A stretch of DNA of 40,246 nt from positions 1 to 40,246 of the forward strand of contig JAEOUG010000089.1 in NCBI GenBank assembly GCA_016839445.1, written 5' to 3'. This DNA is from Candidatus Thorarchaeota archaeon. Its GTDB lineage: Archaea > Asgardarchaeota > Thorarchaeia > Thorarchaeales > Thorarchaeaceae. The notes under the pieces are model-generated. The model had not been told where the DNA came from and searched no databases. It saw only the letters and a program-made list of their open reading frames with translations. The position numbers were made by a program, and so were the translations under genes. This document shows, one piece after another, positions 27,876 to 36,814 of the stretch. The first letter of the stretch is position 1. Every line of letters begins with the position of its first letter.

Positions 27876-28829
27876 ATGAAGCTAGGAGAGATCTACCGCA
27901 AGATAGTGGATATGGGAATGGATGCAGATCCCCGTGGTCGCGAGAAGTTGAAACGAATCCTCGAGAAGTCCAGGAAGAAAGTCGACAAGCTCGAGGGCAA
28001 GAAGAAGGAACTAGTCGATAGAGATGTACTCTGGAATCCGTATACAGACTGCAGGCTTCTCTACGGTGATGAAGACAGAGAGATATCGAGCATTCTCTGC
28101 GGAATCGATATCGGCACCGGCGAGATGGTCTTGGCGGATGTCTTGGGCGGAAAGGGCAAGAGAGTGGACATGGTCCTAGCTCATCACCCGCATGGCATTG
28201 GCATATCAAACCTTGACTGGGTCATGCGGCTTCAGCCAGAGCAGTGGGCGGCCGTAGGAGTACCCATCGCTCAGGCAGAGTCCGCCATGTCATCAAGACT
28301 GAAGGAAGTCCATCTGGCCACAAAACCGCGTAATCATACACAGGTGATTGACGCCGCAAGGCTTCTAGACATGCCATTCATGTGCTCACACACGCCTGCA
28401 GATTCTCTTGGATACCAGTTCATTACCTCATACTTGAGAGAGAAAGACCCTGATACGTTGGGTGACTTGGTAGACGCGCTGCTAGACATACCTGAGTACC
28501 AAGCGGCAGAGAGAGTGGGTGCGGGCCCTGAGATCATCGTTGGCAACTCGGAAGGCAGTGTCGGGGAGAAGCATGTCTTCTTTACGGGCGGAACTTCAGC
28601 CGGGCCGAAGGCCATTCCTAAGTTGGCCAGTGCAGGCGTAAGTACCATTGTCAGTATGCACATGAGTGAGGACGTGAAGAAGGCCTGTGAGAAAGAGGGT
28701 CTCTACGCTGTCATTGCCGGACATGATAGCTCTGATAGCATAGGCATGAATCTCATCCTAGACGAACTTGAGAAGCAAGGCGTGACTTCATACGCGTGCT
28801 CTGGATTCACTCGGTACAAGCGCAGTTAG
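27876..28829 (+). CDS. NIF3 (DUF34/NGG1-interacting factor)-like dinuclear metal protein
   Basis: MKLGEIY..G..DPRG, NPYTD, GID, AHHPHG, HTPAD, GGT, MH, AGH..SDSIGMN. Confidence 0.85.
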   Translation: MKLGEIYRKIVDMGMDADPRGREKLKRILEKSRKKVDKLEGKKKELVDRDVLWNPYTDCRLLYGDEDREISSILCGIDIGTGEMVLADVLGGKGKRVDMVLAHHPHGIGISNLDWVMRLQPEQWAAVGVPIAQAESAMSSRLKEVHLATKPRNHTQVIDAARLLDMPFMCSHTPADSLGYQFITSYLREKDPDTLGDLVDALLDIPEYQAAERVGAGPEIIVGNSEGSVGEKHVFFTGGTSAGPKAIPKLASAGVSTIVSMHMSEDVKKACEKEGLYAVIAGHDSSDSIGMNLILDELEKQGVTSYACSGFTRYKRS

Positions 28830-28909
28830 TGCCACAACCAAGAGCGGAAACAGGCGCAACCCTCCGGAAAACTTCATATGTCGCATATGAAGCCCCCCAC
28901 ACGTTCGAG

Positions 28910-30520
28910 ATGTGGGCAGAACTGGACATAGCCTTCAAGATAGTCGGTGGACTAGCGCTCTTCATGTTCGGGGTCACTCTACTCCGTGAGACTCTGGGAA
29001 AGATATCTGGTAAGAGGGTAGTGCGAATTCTGGAGAGAGTGAGCGACAATCCAGTGAAGGGTATGATTGCTGGCACAGGGGCCACATTCATGACTCAGAG
29101 CTCCAGTATCACGGTGCTCACGCTCATCGGCTTCGTGAACGCAGGGATGATGTCGTTTCGACAATCAGTGAACATCATGCTGGGATCTGAGATAGGCACC
29201 ACGGTGACTGCTCAACTCGTTTCGTTCAATATCGGAGTGGCGTTCTGGCCTCTGGTCGCCATAGGATTCTTCATGCGGATGTTCTCCAAGAGAGAGAGAA
29301 TCCAGCACATTGGCACTGTTCTCTTCAGTCTGGGCCTCTTGTTCCTGGCAATGGAATTCATGAAAGATGGAGCTCGTCCTCTCACAACCGAGTATCCATT
29401 CTTCAGGAGTCTCATCAATGACTTCGGCGCGATTCCTATCATGGGGATACTCATCGGTGCTTTCATCGCCGGAGTTACCCAGAGTAGCTCTGCAACGACA
29501 AGCCTTGTCATTGCTATGAGTACAGCTGGAGCGGTCGACCTAGGACCAGGAATAGCCCTTGTCATGGGAGCCAATATAGGTACATGCTTCCTTGAGCTGT
29601 TCGCAGGCATCGGAGCCACGACTCCCGCGAAGAGGACGGCCATTGCACAGACAATCATCAACATTGTTGGAGTTGCGATCTTCCTTCCGTTCCTAGCACA
29701 GTTCCGGGACGTCGTAACCCTGACCTCCGCAGACCCAGGTAGGCAACTAGCGAACGCTCACACTATCTTCAACGTCATTGTTAGTCTAATCTTCATCCCG
29801 CTGGTCGGGCTGACCGTCAGACTCTGCGAGAAGCTCATCCCAGACAAACCAGGGGAGACCATCGGCAAGCACTTCTTTGATGACGAGATGCTCCACTTCC
29901 CGCAGGCCGCTCTCATGGAGTCGGAGAGAGAAACCCTCAGAACCGCCGACAAGACGATCCAGATGATTCGCTTGAGTAAGACGGCCTTGCTTACTCAGAA
30001 CTTGGAAGATGCAAAGAGGGTAGAAACACTAGAGGAAGAAGTCGATGAAAGCTGTCGGAGTACTGAGGACTTCATAGACAAGATACGAGAAGAGGAACTG
30101 GGGAACCATGATCGCATATGGAGAGTGAAGCTCCTCGCAATCCTCACGGACATTGAGAGAGTAGGAGACCTTGCATCAAACATCGCAGAACTTGTGACGA
30201 GGGATGTGATGAACGGCGTTTCGTTCTCCGAGAGTGGGAAGGCAGACCTTGAGAGCATGTTTGATCTAGTCGATGAAACCTATTCGACTGCCGTCAAGTC
30301 TCTGCAGATGAGGAACAAGAAGCTCGCATCAGTGGCTGAGAACCTCGAAGACCAGGTGGATGTCTTGGAGCGGAAACTCAAGGCGTCTCATGTTAAGAGA
30401 ATGAGAGACGGAATATGTGATCCTCAAGCAGACACAGTCTTCGTGGAAACCATCCGTAACTTGGAGAGGATTGGCGACCACGCCGACAACATCGCGTATG
30501 ATGTGATTATGGATACTTGA
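28910..30520 (+). CDS. Na+/Pi cotransporter (NptA/YjbB) with PhoU domains
   Basis: Two QSSS repeats, GSEIGTT and GANIGT, ANAHTIFN, DIERVGD and NLERIGDHA PhoU motifs. Confidence 0.93.
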   Translation: MWAELDIAFKIVGGLALFMFGVTLLRETLGKISGKRVVRILERVSDNPVKGMIAGTGATFMTQSSSITVLTLIGFVNAGMMSFRQSVNIMLGSEIGTTVTAQLVSFNIGVAFWPLVAIGFFMRMFSKRERIQHIGTVLFSLGLLFLAMEFMKDGARPLTTEYPFFRSLINDFGAIPIMGILIGAFIAGVTQSSSATTSLVIAMSTAGAVDLGPGIALVMGANIGTCFLELFAGIGATTPAKRTAIAQTIINIVGVAIFLPFLAQFRDVVTLTSADPGRQLANAHTIFNVIVSLIFIPLVGLTVRLCEKLIPDKPGETIGKHFFDDEMLHFPQAALMESERETLRTADKTIQMIRLSKTALLTQNLEDAKRVETLEEEVDESCRSTEDFIDKIREEELGNHDRIWRVKLLAILTDIERVGDLASNIAELVTRDVMNGVSFSESGKADLESMFDLVDETYSTAVKSLQMRNKKLASVAENLEDQVDVLERKLKASHVKRMRDGICDPQADTVFVETIRNLERIGDHADNIAYDVIMDT

Positions 30521-30532
30521 ACAGAAGACAAC

Positions 30533-31012
30533 CTATGCGGGAACCCACTTTCTGACCTTTGTCCTGTACTCGGTATACTCGTCACCGAAGCGTTCGTCGA
30601 GAAGTCTTTCCTCGTAATCTGCGAGCCGATTGTAGAGCAGGAAAATCAGAAGACAGAATGCCAGAGACAAGAGCGAGAGCGTCAACACTGCTAGTCCGAA
30701 ATAGAAGAGCACCGTTCCAAGGTACATTGGGTGTCGGACTCTTCCAAAAACACCTCCCATCGCGAGGCCATCAATCTGCGTGTCGAAGAGGTCTCTATGA
30801 GAAGCCCGCATGAAGTGTACCGCGACACCAAGCACAAGTAGAGCGGGAAAGATTGGGAGGAGCAGAGTCAGCATCGAGAAGGCTGGCGTTGATAGTCTGA
30901 GGAAGAATGAGTCGACTAGCCAGATGATGAAGAACGCGACCATGAAGACGCTCTGAATGTCGTGGCTTCTCGGCATCTCCCCGGTGAGATTCTCATGATG
31001 ATGCCCGTGCAT
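30533..31012 (-). CDS. Isoprenylcysteine carboxyl methyltransferase (ICMT/PEMT) family membrane protein
   Basis: GVFGRVRHPMY, EERLLDERFGDEY..Y...VRKW. Confidence 0.85.
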   Translation of the reverse strand: MHGHHHENLTGEMPRSHDIQSVFMVAFFIIWLVDSFFLRLSTPAFSMLTLLLPIFPALLVLGVAVHFMRASHRDLFDTQIDGLAMGGVFGRVRHPMYLGTVLFYFGLAVLTLSLLSLAFCLLIFLLYNRLADYEERLLDERFGDEYTEYRTKVRKWVPA

Positions 31013-31074
31013 GACTGTTCATCTGGAGTAGCCAGACTGCGCTTTTAGAATGCGTGAACTGCGCATTCATACCA

Positions 31075-32523
31075 TCAGTCATCGTCGCGGCGTGTGGAAT
31101 CGCGCTTCTGTTCGAGTGCGCCTGCTTTCGTCATCCTCTCAGGGGAGAGGATTAGATCAAGCCACTCTGCGTCAAGAATCCCCTCTTCCAGAATGATGTC
31201 GCGGATTGGGCGTCCCGTATCAAGAGCTATCTTGGCCACACGGGAGGCGGCCTTGTAACCAATGACCGGATTGAGAGCCGTGACCAGACCCACGCTCTTG
31301 TGGACGACATCTAGTCCAACCTTCCTGGGGGTGATGCCTTTGATGCACTTCTCATCGAAGATCAGGATTGCATTCTTCAGCACCTTGAGAGCCTGGAAGA
31401 AGTTGTAGGCAATAACTGGTTCAAACGCATTGAGCTCAAGCTGACCTGATTGTGCGGCCATAGATATGACGAGATCATGTCCAATGACCTGAAAGGCTAC
31501 CTGCGTTACCATCTCGGGGATCACTGGGTTGACCTTACCAGGCATTATCGAGGACCCGGGCTGTACTGGTGGAAGCGTAATCTCGTTTAGACCGCCGGTT
31601 GGGCCCGATGAGAGGAGAATCAGGTCTCCTGCAATCTTGCCGAGGTTCGTGGCGAGGACTCGTAGCAGGCCGCTTGCATGCGTGAACTCGTCTGCATTCT
31701 GCGTGTCGTCAATCAGGTTTTCAGCCGTTGTCAAGTCCTTCAGTCCGGTGACTTCTCTCAAGTAGTTCTCTGCAAGCTCAATGTACTCGGGGTCAGCGTT
31801 AAGTGACGTGCCAATTGCGGTGGCTCCTATGTTGTGCGTCTCGAGTACGTCAATTGCAGATTGGATGCGTGTGAGGTCTCTCTTCAAGGCGCCAGACCAA
31901 GCAGAGAACTCCTGTCCCAGTGTAATGGGGACTGCATCCTGCATCTCGGTACGACCCAGTTTCAGCAAGTCTTTGAACTCAGTGGCCTTCTCATCAAGGG
32001 CAGAGATCAGATTCTCAAGTCGTGACGACAGCTCCCTTAACCCGAAGATAGTGGCAATCTTGATTGCAGTCGGATAGACGTCATTGGTGGACTGGCTCAT
32101 GTTCACGCTGTCGTTTGCGGAAACAGGGCCCATGGAGTTTCGTGGTTCACCAAGAATCTCATTGGCGCGCGAGGCTATCACCTCGTTCACGCACATGTTT
32201 GTGGAGGTCCCTGCGCCCCCCTGCATCATGTCCACAATGAATTGGTCCATGAGCTTGCCGTCTATGATTTCCTCGCACGCCCGGATTATGACATCTGCGT
32301 ACTCCTCAGCGAGGTGACCAAGGTCTCGGTTTGCCTGTGCACATGCCTTCTTCACCATGGCCATTGCCTGAACAAGCATTGGGTAGTTCTTCAGCTGAAC
32401 CAGAGAAACGCCGAAGTTCTCATGGGCTCTAAGAGTCTGGATGCCCCAGTACGCAGTCACAGGGATCCTGCGCGTGCCCAGAAGGTCGCTCTCTTCTCTG
32501 AACCCAGGCTCATCGCTACTCAT
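31075..32523 (-). CDS. aspA: Aspartate ammonia-lyase (fumarase/aspartase superfamily)
   Basis: YWGIQTLRA.ENF, QGGAGTSTNM, SQSTNDVYPT, GRTEMQDA, GSSIMPGKVNP, GQLELNAFEP. Confidence 0.9.
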   Translation of the reverse strand: MSSDEPGFREESDLLGTRRIPVTAYWGIQTLRAHENFGVSLVQLKNYPMLVQAMAMVKKACAQANRDLGHLAEEYADVIIRACEEIIDGKLMDQFIVDMMQGGAGTSTNMCVNEVIASRANEILGEPRNSMGPVSANDSVNMSQSTNDVYPTAIKIATIFGLRELSSRLENLISALDEKATEFKDLLKLGRTEMQDAVPITLGQEFSAWSGALKRDLTRIQSAIDVLETHNIGATAIGTSLNADPEYIELAENYLREVTGLKDLTTAENLIDDTQNADEFTHASGLLRVLATNLGKIAGDLILLSSGPTGGLNEITLPPVQPGSSIMPGKVNPVIPEMVTQVAFQVIGHDLVISMAAQSGQLELNAFEPVIAYNFFQALKVLKNAILIFDEKCIKGITPRKVGLDVVHKSVGLVTALNPVIGYKAASRVAKIALDTGRPIRDIILEEGILDAEWLDLILSPERMTKAGALEQKRDSTRRDDD

Positions 32524-32592
32524 GTTGATCACAACACACTCAAGGCGATAGTCTTCTCTATTCCTCATTAGTCTCTTGGTCTCGACTATGGG

Positions 32593-34173
32593 CTAGAAGC
32601 CAGAGGCTTGGCCATCCTTCCTTCGGTCTGACCCGCCAATCCATGCATTCTCAACTCGAAGTATCGCTTGCCCGCCTCCAAAGCCGAATCTCGGTTCCGG
32701 AAGCAAGTCATGACCCCGGGTCTTGAGACCAGAGAAGATCTCCTCTGGTGTGCCAATCTCCAGTCCCACCTTGTTCGACTCATGGACATGATTGAACCGA
32801 GGATGATCAAGTGCCGCCTGTGGACCCATCTTGTAGTCAACGATGTTGCTCACGAACTGGGCGTGGGCCTGAGACTGATGTGCTCCACCCATGATACCAA
32901 ACACGCCGTAGAGATCGCCGTCTCTGTAGATAGCACCAGGTATGATTGTGTGGAACGGTAGCTTCTTCGGTGCATAGCAGTTCGGGTGGGCGGGATCGAG
33001 GGAGAACAGATTCCCCCGGTTCTGCAATTTGATGCCTGTTCCCGGAACGACGAGTCCGCTCCCGAAGCCGCGATAGAGACTGTTTATGAAAGAAACCGCT
33101 CTGCCCTCAGCATCTGCTGTACACAAGTACACAGTATCGGAGCCGGATAGAAGCCCGGAACCGTAGTCATTCATGGCCCTGTGCCTGTCAATCATCTGTG
33201 CACGCCTTCGGGCGTAGTTCTTAGAGAGCAGCTCGTCCAAAGGACAATCGTAGAACGCAGGGTCGGCATTGTGCGCGTGAAGGTCGGCGTAAGCGAGCTT
33301 CTTCGCCTCAATCATCAGGTGGTAGCGCTCAACATCAAGTGGCCCGATGTCATCAAAACTGAATTGCTCCATGATGTTCAGCATGATTAAGGCGGCGAAT
33401 CCTTGGCCATTAGGAGGATGTTCAAAGACATCCACACCACGGTAATTGGCCGCTAAGGCTTCAGTCTTCATCGTGGTATGCTCAGAAAGGTCATCCTCGG
33501 TGAGGAATCCACCGTGCCTCTGAACTGTGTTAGCAATCGCTCTTGCAGTGGTTCCCGTGTAGAATGCCTCTGGCCCCTCTCTGCCAACAGACTCGAAGAC
33601 ATCAGCAATGTCAGGATTCCGCATCATCTCTCCAACACCGGGAGCACGACCGTCAATCGTGAAGACCCTCTTAGCTTCATCATTCTGAAGTGCAGGAACT
33701 ACATCGGCCCAGTTGCGCGAGATTATCGGTGAAACGGGGAACCCGTTACGCGCATAGTGAATCGCAGGATGGAGAACCTCAGAGAGTTCTAGGTCGCCGT
33801 GCCATGTTACGAGGTCAGCCCACAATCGCATTCCACCAGGAACTGTGACTGGCGCCCCACCACGCAATGGTATCGAATCAAGTCCCATACCAAGGATATC
33901 ATCCAGCGTGGCCAAAGAGCCGGAGCGGCCGGATCCATTGTAACACAGCGGCTTGGGGGCTCCAGGAAGATGGACAAGTGAAAACGCATCTCCACCGCAA
34001 CCAGTACTGAAGGGCTCCACAACATCGAGAACGGCAGCAACAGCGACGGCGGCGTCCACAGCATTCCCTCCTCTACGAAGGACCTCAAGCCCGGCCTCCG
34101 TTGCCAAAGGCGAGGAGGAAGCAACCATATTTGCCGCCACAACGTCTGACCGGCCGCTAACAACGTTCACCAT
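32593..34173 (-). CDS. ggt: Gamma-glutamyltransferase (Ntn hydrolase)
   Basis: GGNAVDAA, GGDAF, PPNGQG, autocleavage DTVY, FGSG, QNRG, PFHTIIP, MGG..Q.Q, DRRKDG. Confidence 0.93.
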   Translation of the reverse strand: MVNVVSGRSDVVAANMVASSSPLATEAGLEVLRRGGNAVDAAVAVAAVLDVVEPFSTGCGGDAFSLVHLPGAPKPLCYNGSGRSGSLATLDDILGMGLDSIPLRGGAPVTVPGGMRLWADLVTWHGDLELSEVLHPAIHYARNGFPVSPIISRNWADVVPALQNDEAKRVFTIDGRAPGVGEMMRNPDIADVFESVGREGPEAFYTGTTARAIANTVQRHGGFLTEDDLSEHTTMKTEALAANYRGVDVFEHPPNGQGFAALIMLNIMEQFSFDDIGPLDVERYHLMIEAKKLAYADLHAHNADPAFYDCPLDELLSKNYARRRAQMIDRHRAMNDYGSGLLSGSDTVYLCTADAEGRAVSFINSLYRGFGSGLVVPGTGIKLQNRGNLFSLDPAHPNCYAPKKLPFHTIIPGAIYRDGDLYGVFGIMGGAHQSQAHAQFVSNIVDYKMGPQAALDHPRFNHVHESNKVGLEIGTPEEIFSGLKTRGHDLLPEPRFGFGGGQAILRVENAWIGGSDRRKDGQASGF

Positions 34174-34174
34174 A

Positions 34175-35554
34175 TCAGTCCTCCTTGACTAATTCTCGAC
34201 CTTCTTGCTTCCACGTCTTCAATCCGTCATGGTAGACCCCAATTGACTCCACTCCGCGACGCTTCAGTATGCTAGCTGCAGTTGTGCTTCTTGCACCTGA
34301 GGGGCAGACGGTTCCGATAGGACCGCTTGGAAGACCAGCAATGTCGCTTGCTCCAGCAAGAGTGAGAGGGACAGATTGAGACCCAGGGATATGCTCCTTG
34401 CTGAATTCATGAGGTTCGCGAACGTCAACGAGAGACAGCGCACCATTCTTGAGACCTTCTGCGATGTCTTTGGCATTGTACATCACAAGGCGTTCAGTGC
34501 CTCGGCCAGAGGCTTTCCATGCTTCGAAGCCTCCTACAAGGAATCCATGTATTCTATCAAAACCTATCCTTTGAAGATAGGCGGTCGCTTCAGGGAGGTC
34601 CTTCTGGGCGGCAAGCACGAAGGAGTGTGTGTGACTGGGGCTCAACGCCCATCCCGCAAGTAGACCCATGTTCGAGAGAGTCATGCTGATTGTGCCCGGA
34701 ATGTGTTCTCTCAAGAAATCGTCGGAGGGCCTTGTGTCGACCACTCGATGTCCGTCATCTTTGAGCAACGCCTCAACGTCTTCGGAGTTGAGTTCGGTCG
34801 AGTGACCCGACTCTGCCAACAGTGGTGGACCTATGGTGTTGAGATGCTCGCAGTGCTTGAAGTATGATGCCCGCGTTAGGCCTTGGCTCAGCTTGGCCTT
34901 CACGAACTCCTCCTCATCGAGCTGGAGCCACTTGTTGTTCCTGCGTTCGTATCCGATTGTTGTGAACTCCCGTTCGCCGATGGCACCCCCACAGACAGAC
35001 CCAGCACCGTGGCCGGGGTGTACGATAACACCATCGCCCATTGGTAGTAGCTTCGAGTGGAGGCTGTTGTAGAGCTTCCGCGACATCTCGGCATGCTTCT
35101 TGATATCCACGAGGTCTGTACGTCCAACCTCATTGACGAACAGAGTGTCCCCGGTGAAGACGGCAAGAGGGTCTCTCCCGACAGATAGATCTGAAACAGC
35201 ATAGCTGATACTATCGTCTGTGTGACCAGGTGTGGAGATGCAGCGTACAAGCATATCGCCGACAGTGAACTCCTCACCATCTGCAACTGAGTGGTCTCCG
35301 AAGTGGAAGTTCGTTGCATTGCTGTGACAGATTTCGGCCTCAGGAGCTATCTGCTGGAGTTCAAGTGACCCTGTCACGTAATCCTCGTTCCTATGAGTTT
35401 CGAAAATGTAGCGTATAGGGCTCAAATGTACACCCGCAAGCTTCCCGTAAATCGAGGCGTCACGCCGCGGATCTATGACAAAGGACTCGCCCTTGGAACT
35501 CACGTAATAGGAGAGCGCCGCAAGCCCATCTGATCGAACTGCCGCAATCTTCAA
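34175..35554 (-). CDS. MBL-fold (persulfide dioxygenase-like) protein fused to two rhodanese domains
   Basis: IDPRRD, ETHRNEDY, TPGHT, FTGDTLF..GRTDL, PGHGAGSVCG; rhodanese 1 (VDTR..HIPG), rhodanese 2 (VDVRE..HIPG..CPSGARS). Confidence 0.88.
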   Translation of the reverse strand: MKIAAVRSDGLAALSYYVSSKGESFVIDPRRDASIYGKLAGVHLSPIRYIFETHRNEDYVTGSLELQQIAPEAEICHSNATNFHFGDHSVADGEEFTVGDMLVRCISTPGHTDDSISYAVSDLSVGRDPLAVFTGDTLFVNEVGRTDLVDIKKHAEMSRKLYNSLHSKLLPMGDGVIVHPGHGAGSVCGGAIGEREFTTIGYERRNNKWLQLDEEEFVKAKLSQGLTRASYFKHCEHLNTIGPPLLAESGHSTELNSEDVEALLKDDGHRVVDTRPSDDFLREHIPGTISMTLSNMGLLAGWALSPSHTHSFVLAAQKDLPEATAYLQRIGFDRIHGFLVGGFEAWKASGRGTERLVMYNAKDIAEGLKNGALSLVDVREPHEFSKEHIPGSQSVPLTLAGASDIAGLPSGPIGTVCPSGARSTTAASILKRRGVESIGVYHDGLKTWKQEGRELVKED

Positions 35555-35712
35555 CTAAAGACCACTCGAACGATGTTGCAGACACTCGGCTTTTAAGAAG
35601 TAAGGTAACGCGCCTTGGTTTCAGTATTCGGTCCGAGGGCAAATGTTAAACCTGAGATAAGCTCGTCAACTCACGGGTGAGCATCGTGTCAGCGAGGAAC
35701 AACGACACTCCT

Positions 35713-36165
35713 ATGAGTTCAGACGAGGGCATTGTTGTTGAAGCGTCTCTGAACCTACTGCGAAAAGCTGCAGAGAGAGCGCTCTTTGAATATAACGAGA
35801 TGGTCGTCGACGCGGCCGGAGAAGAACTTGCGAGTGGCAGCGCCCTGAAGACTGGTGATTCAGTGGTCTTTGAGGAAGACATCCAACCACTTCCAGCGCA
35901 AATCGTGGCAATCCTGCTGGATGATGGTTTGTGGTACATGATATCAACCTCCGAGATGCCTCCTGGCGGTTATCCTACTGGTAGAGATGCAACCAGAGCC
36001 GCTCAGGCGGAAGAGAAGAGGTTGAGAATCCTGAGAGACTTCCTTACGAACCAAGCAGGCGCAGACAAGGTGAAGGATGTAAGGAACTGGCAGCCTGACA
36101 TGAAGGCTGAGGCCGCAGACGTTCTAAGTATAATAGACAGTGCAAAAAGAAGATGGGTGCACTGA
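35713..36165 (+). CDS. Hypothetical soluble protein
   Basis: About 150-aa ORF with a plausible composition that fills the gap; no motif recognised. Confidence 0.65.
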   Translation: MSSDEGIVVEASLNLLRKAAERALFEYNEMVVDAAGEELASGSALKTGDSVVFEEDIQPLPAQIVAILLDDGLWYMISTSEMPPGGYPTGRDATRAAQAEEKRLRILRDFLTNQAGADKVKDVRNWQPDMKAEAADVLSIIDSAKRRWVH

Positions 36166-36223
36166 GCACGATTCGTCATTCTTATTAGCGCCTCGCATGA
36201 GGAGCACGTCGAGAGTAGAGCCT

Positions 36224-36814
36224 ATGGAAAGAGCACGTCAGACAATCGCGTGGAGCAAGAGGTCGGACCTCACAAAGACTGTCGTGCTTATCGTGATGGT
36301 TGTCGGCATCACCTTGGGAGGATTTGGCATCTTCATTACCGCAATGGGCACATCAAGCCCGTTAGTTGTCGTGACCAGCGGCTCCATGTCTCCGACACTT
36401 GAGAGGGGACACCTCCTAATACTGCAGAACAGAGCTCCTGAGAATATCCTGGTCGGTGACATCATTGTGTTCGAGGCGACCTGGAACGACGATCCGGTTG
36501 TGCACAGAGTGGTCAGAATAGAGACTGTCGGAGAGGAAATCCATTGGTTCACTCAAGGGGACAACCGCGACACCAATCCTTCGGAAGATCCTGGCTATAG
36601 AGTATACGAAGACATCATAGGAGTAGTAGTGTTTGCAATACCCTACCTGGGGTACGTCACTCTCTTCTTACATGAACCGGCAGGACTCGCAACAGTTGTC
36701 ATACTCCTGTTGGTGATCATCATTGTGCCCGAAATCCTACCTAAGAAGGAAGAGGAGGAGTTGGAGGAAGAACCTTTGCAGGATTCTTCCGAGTCGGCCG
36801 CAACTGATGGCTAG
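36224..36814 (+). CDS. sec11: Signal peptidase I, Sec11/S26B (archaeal/ER type)
   Basis: VVTSGSMSPTL (Ser), GDIIVF, VVHRV (His dyad), TQGDN, IPYLG. Confidence 0.9.
   Translation: MERARQTIAWSKRSDLTKTVVLIVMVVGITLGGFGIFITAMGTSSPLVVVTSGSMSPTLERGHLLILQNRAPENILVGDIIVFEATWNDDPVVHRVVRIETVGEEIHWFTQGDNRDTNPSEDPGYRVYEDIIGVVVFAIPYLGYVTLFLHEPAGLATVVILLLVIIIVPEILPKKEEEELEEEPLQDSSESAATDG

Noticed and set aside
27876-28829. NIF3 as a GTP cyclohydrolase supplying preQ0 to the TGT-like enzyme
   Set aside because: The 'GTP cyclohydrolase I type 2' label for DUF34 is considered unreliable, and the genes are 18 kb apart.
32524-32595. ggt TAG stop is in frame with aspA through an open linker (possible pyrrolysine or amber readthrough fusion)
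   Set aside because: GGT ends at its canonical C-terminus (DGQASGF) and AspA has its own normal start; a chance in-frame arrangement is likely, and no pyl genes are in the window.
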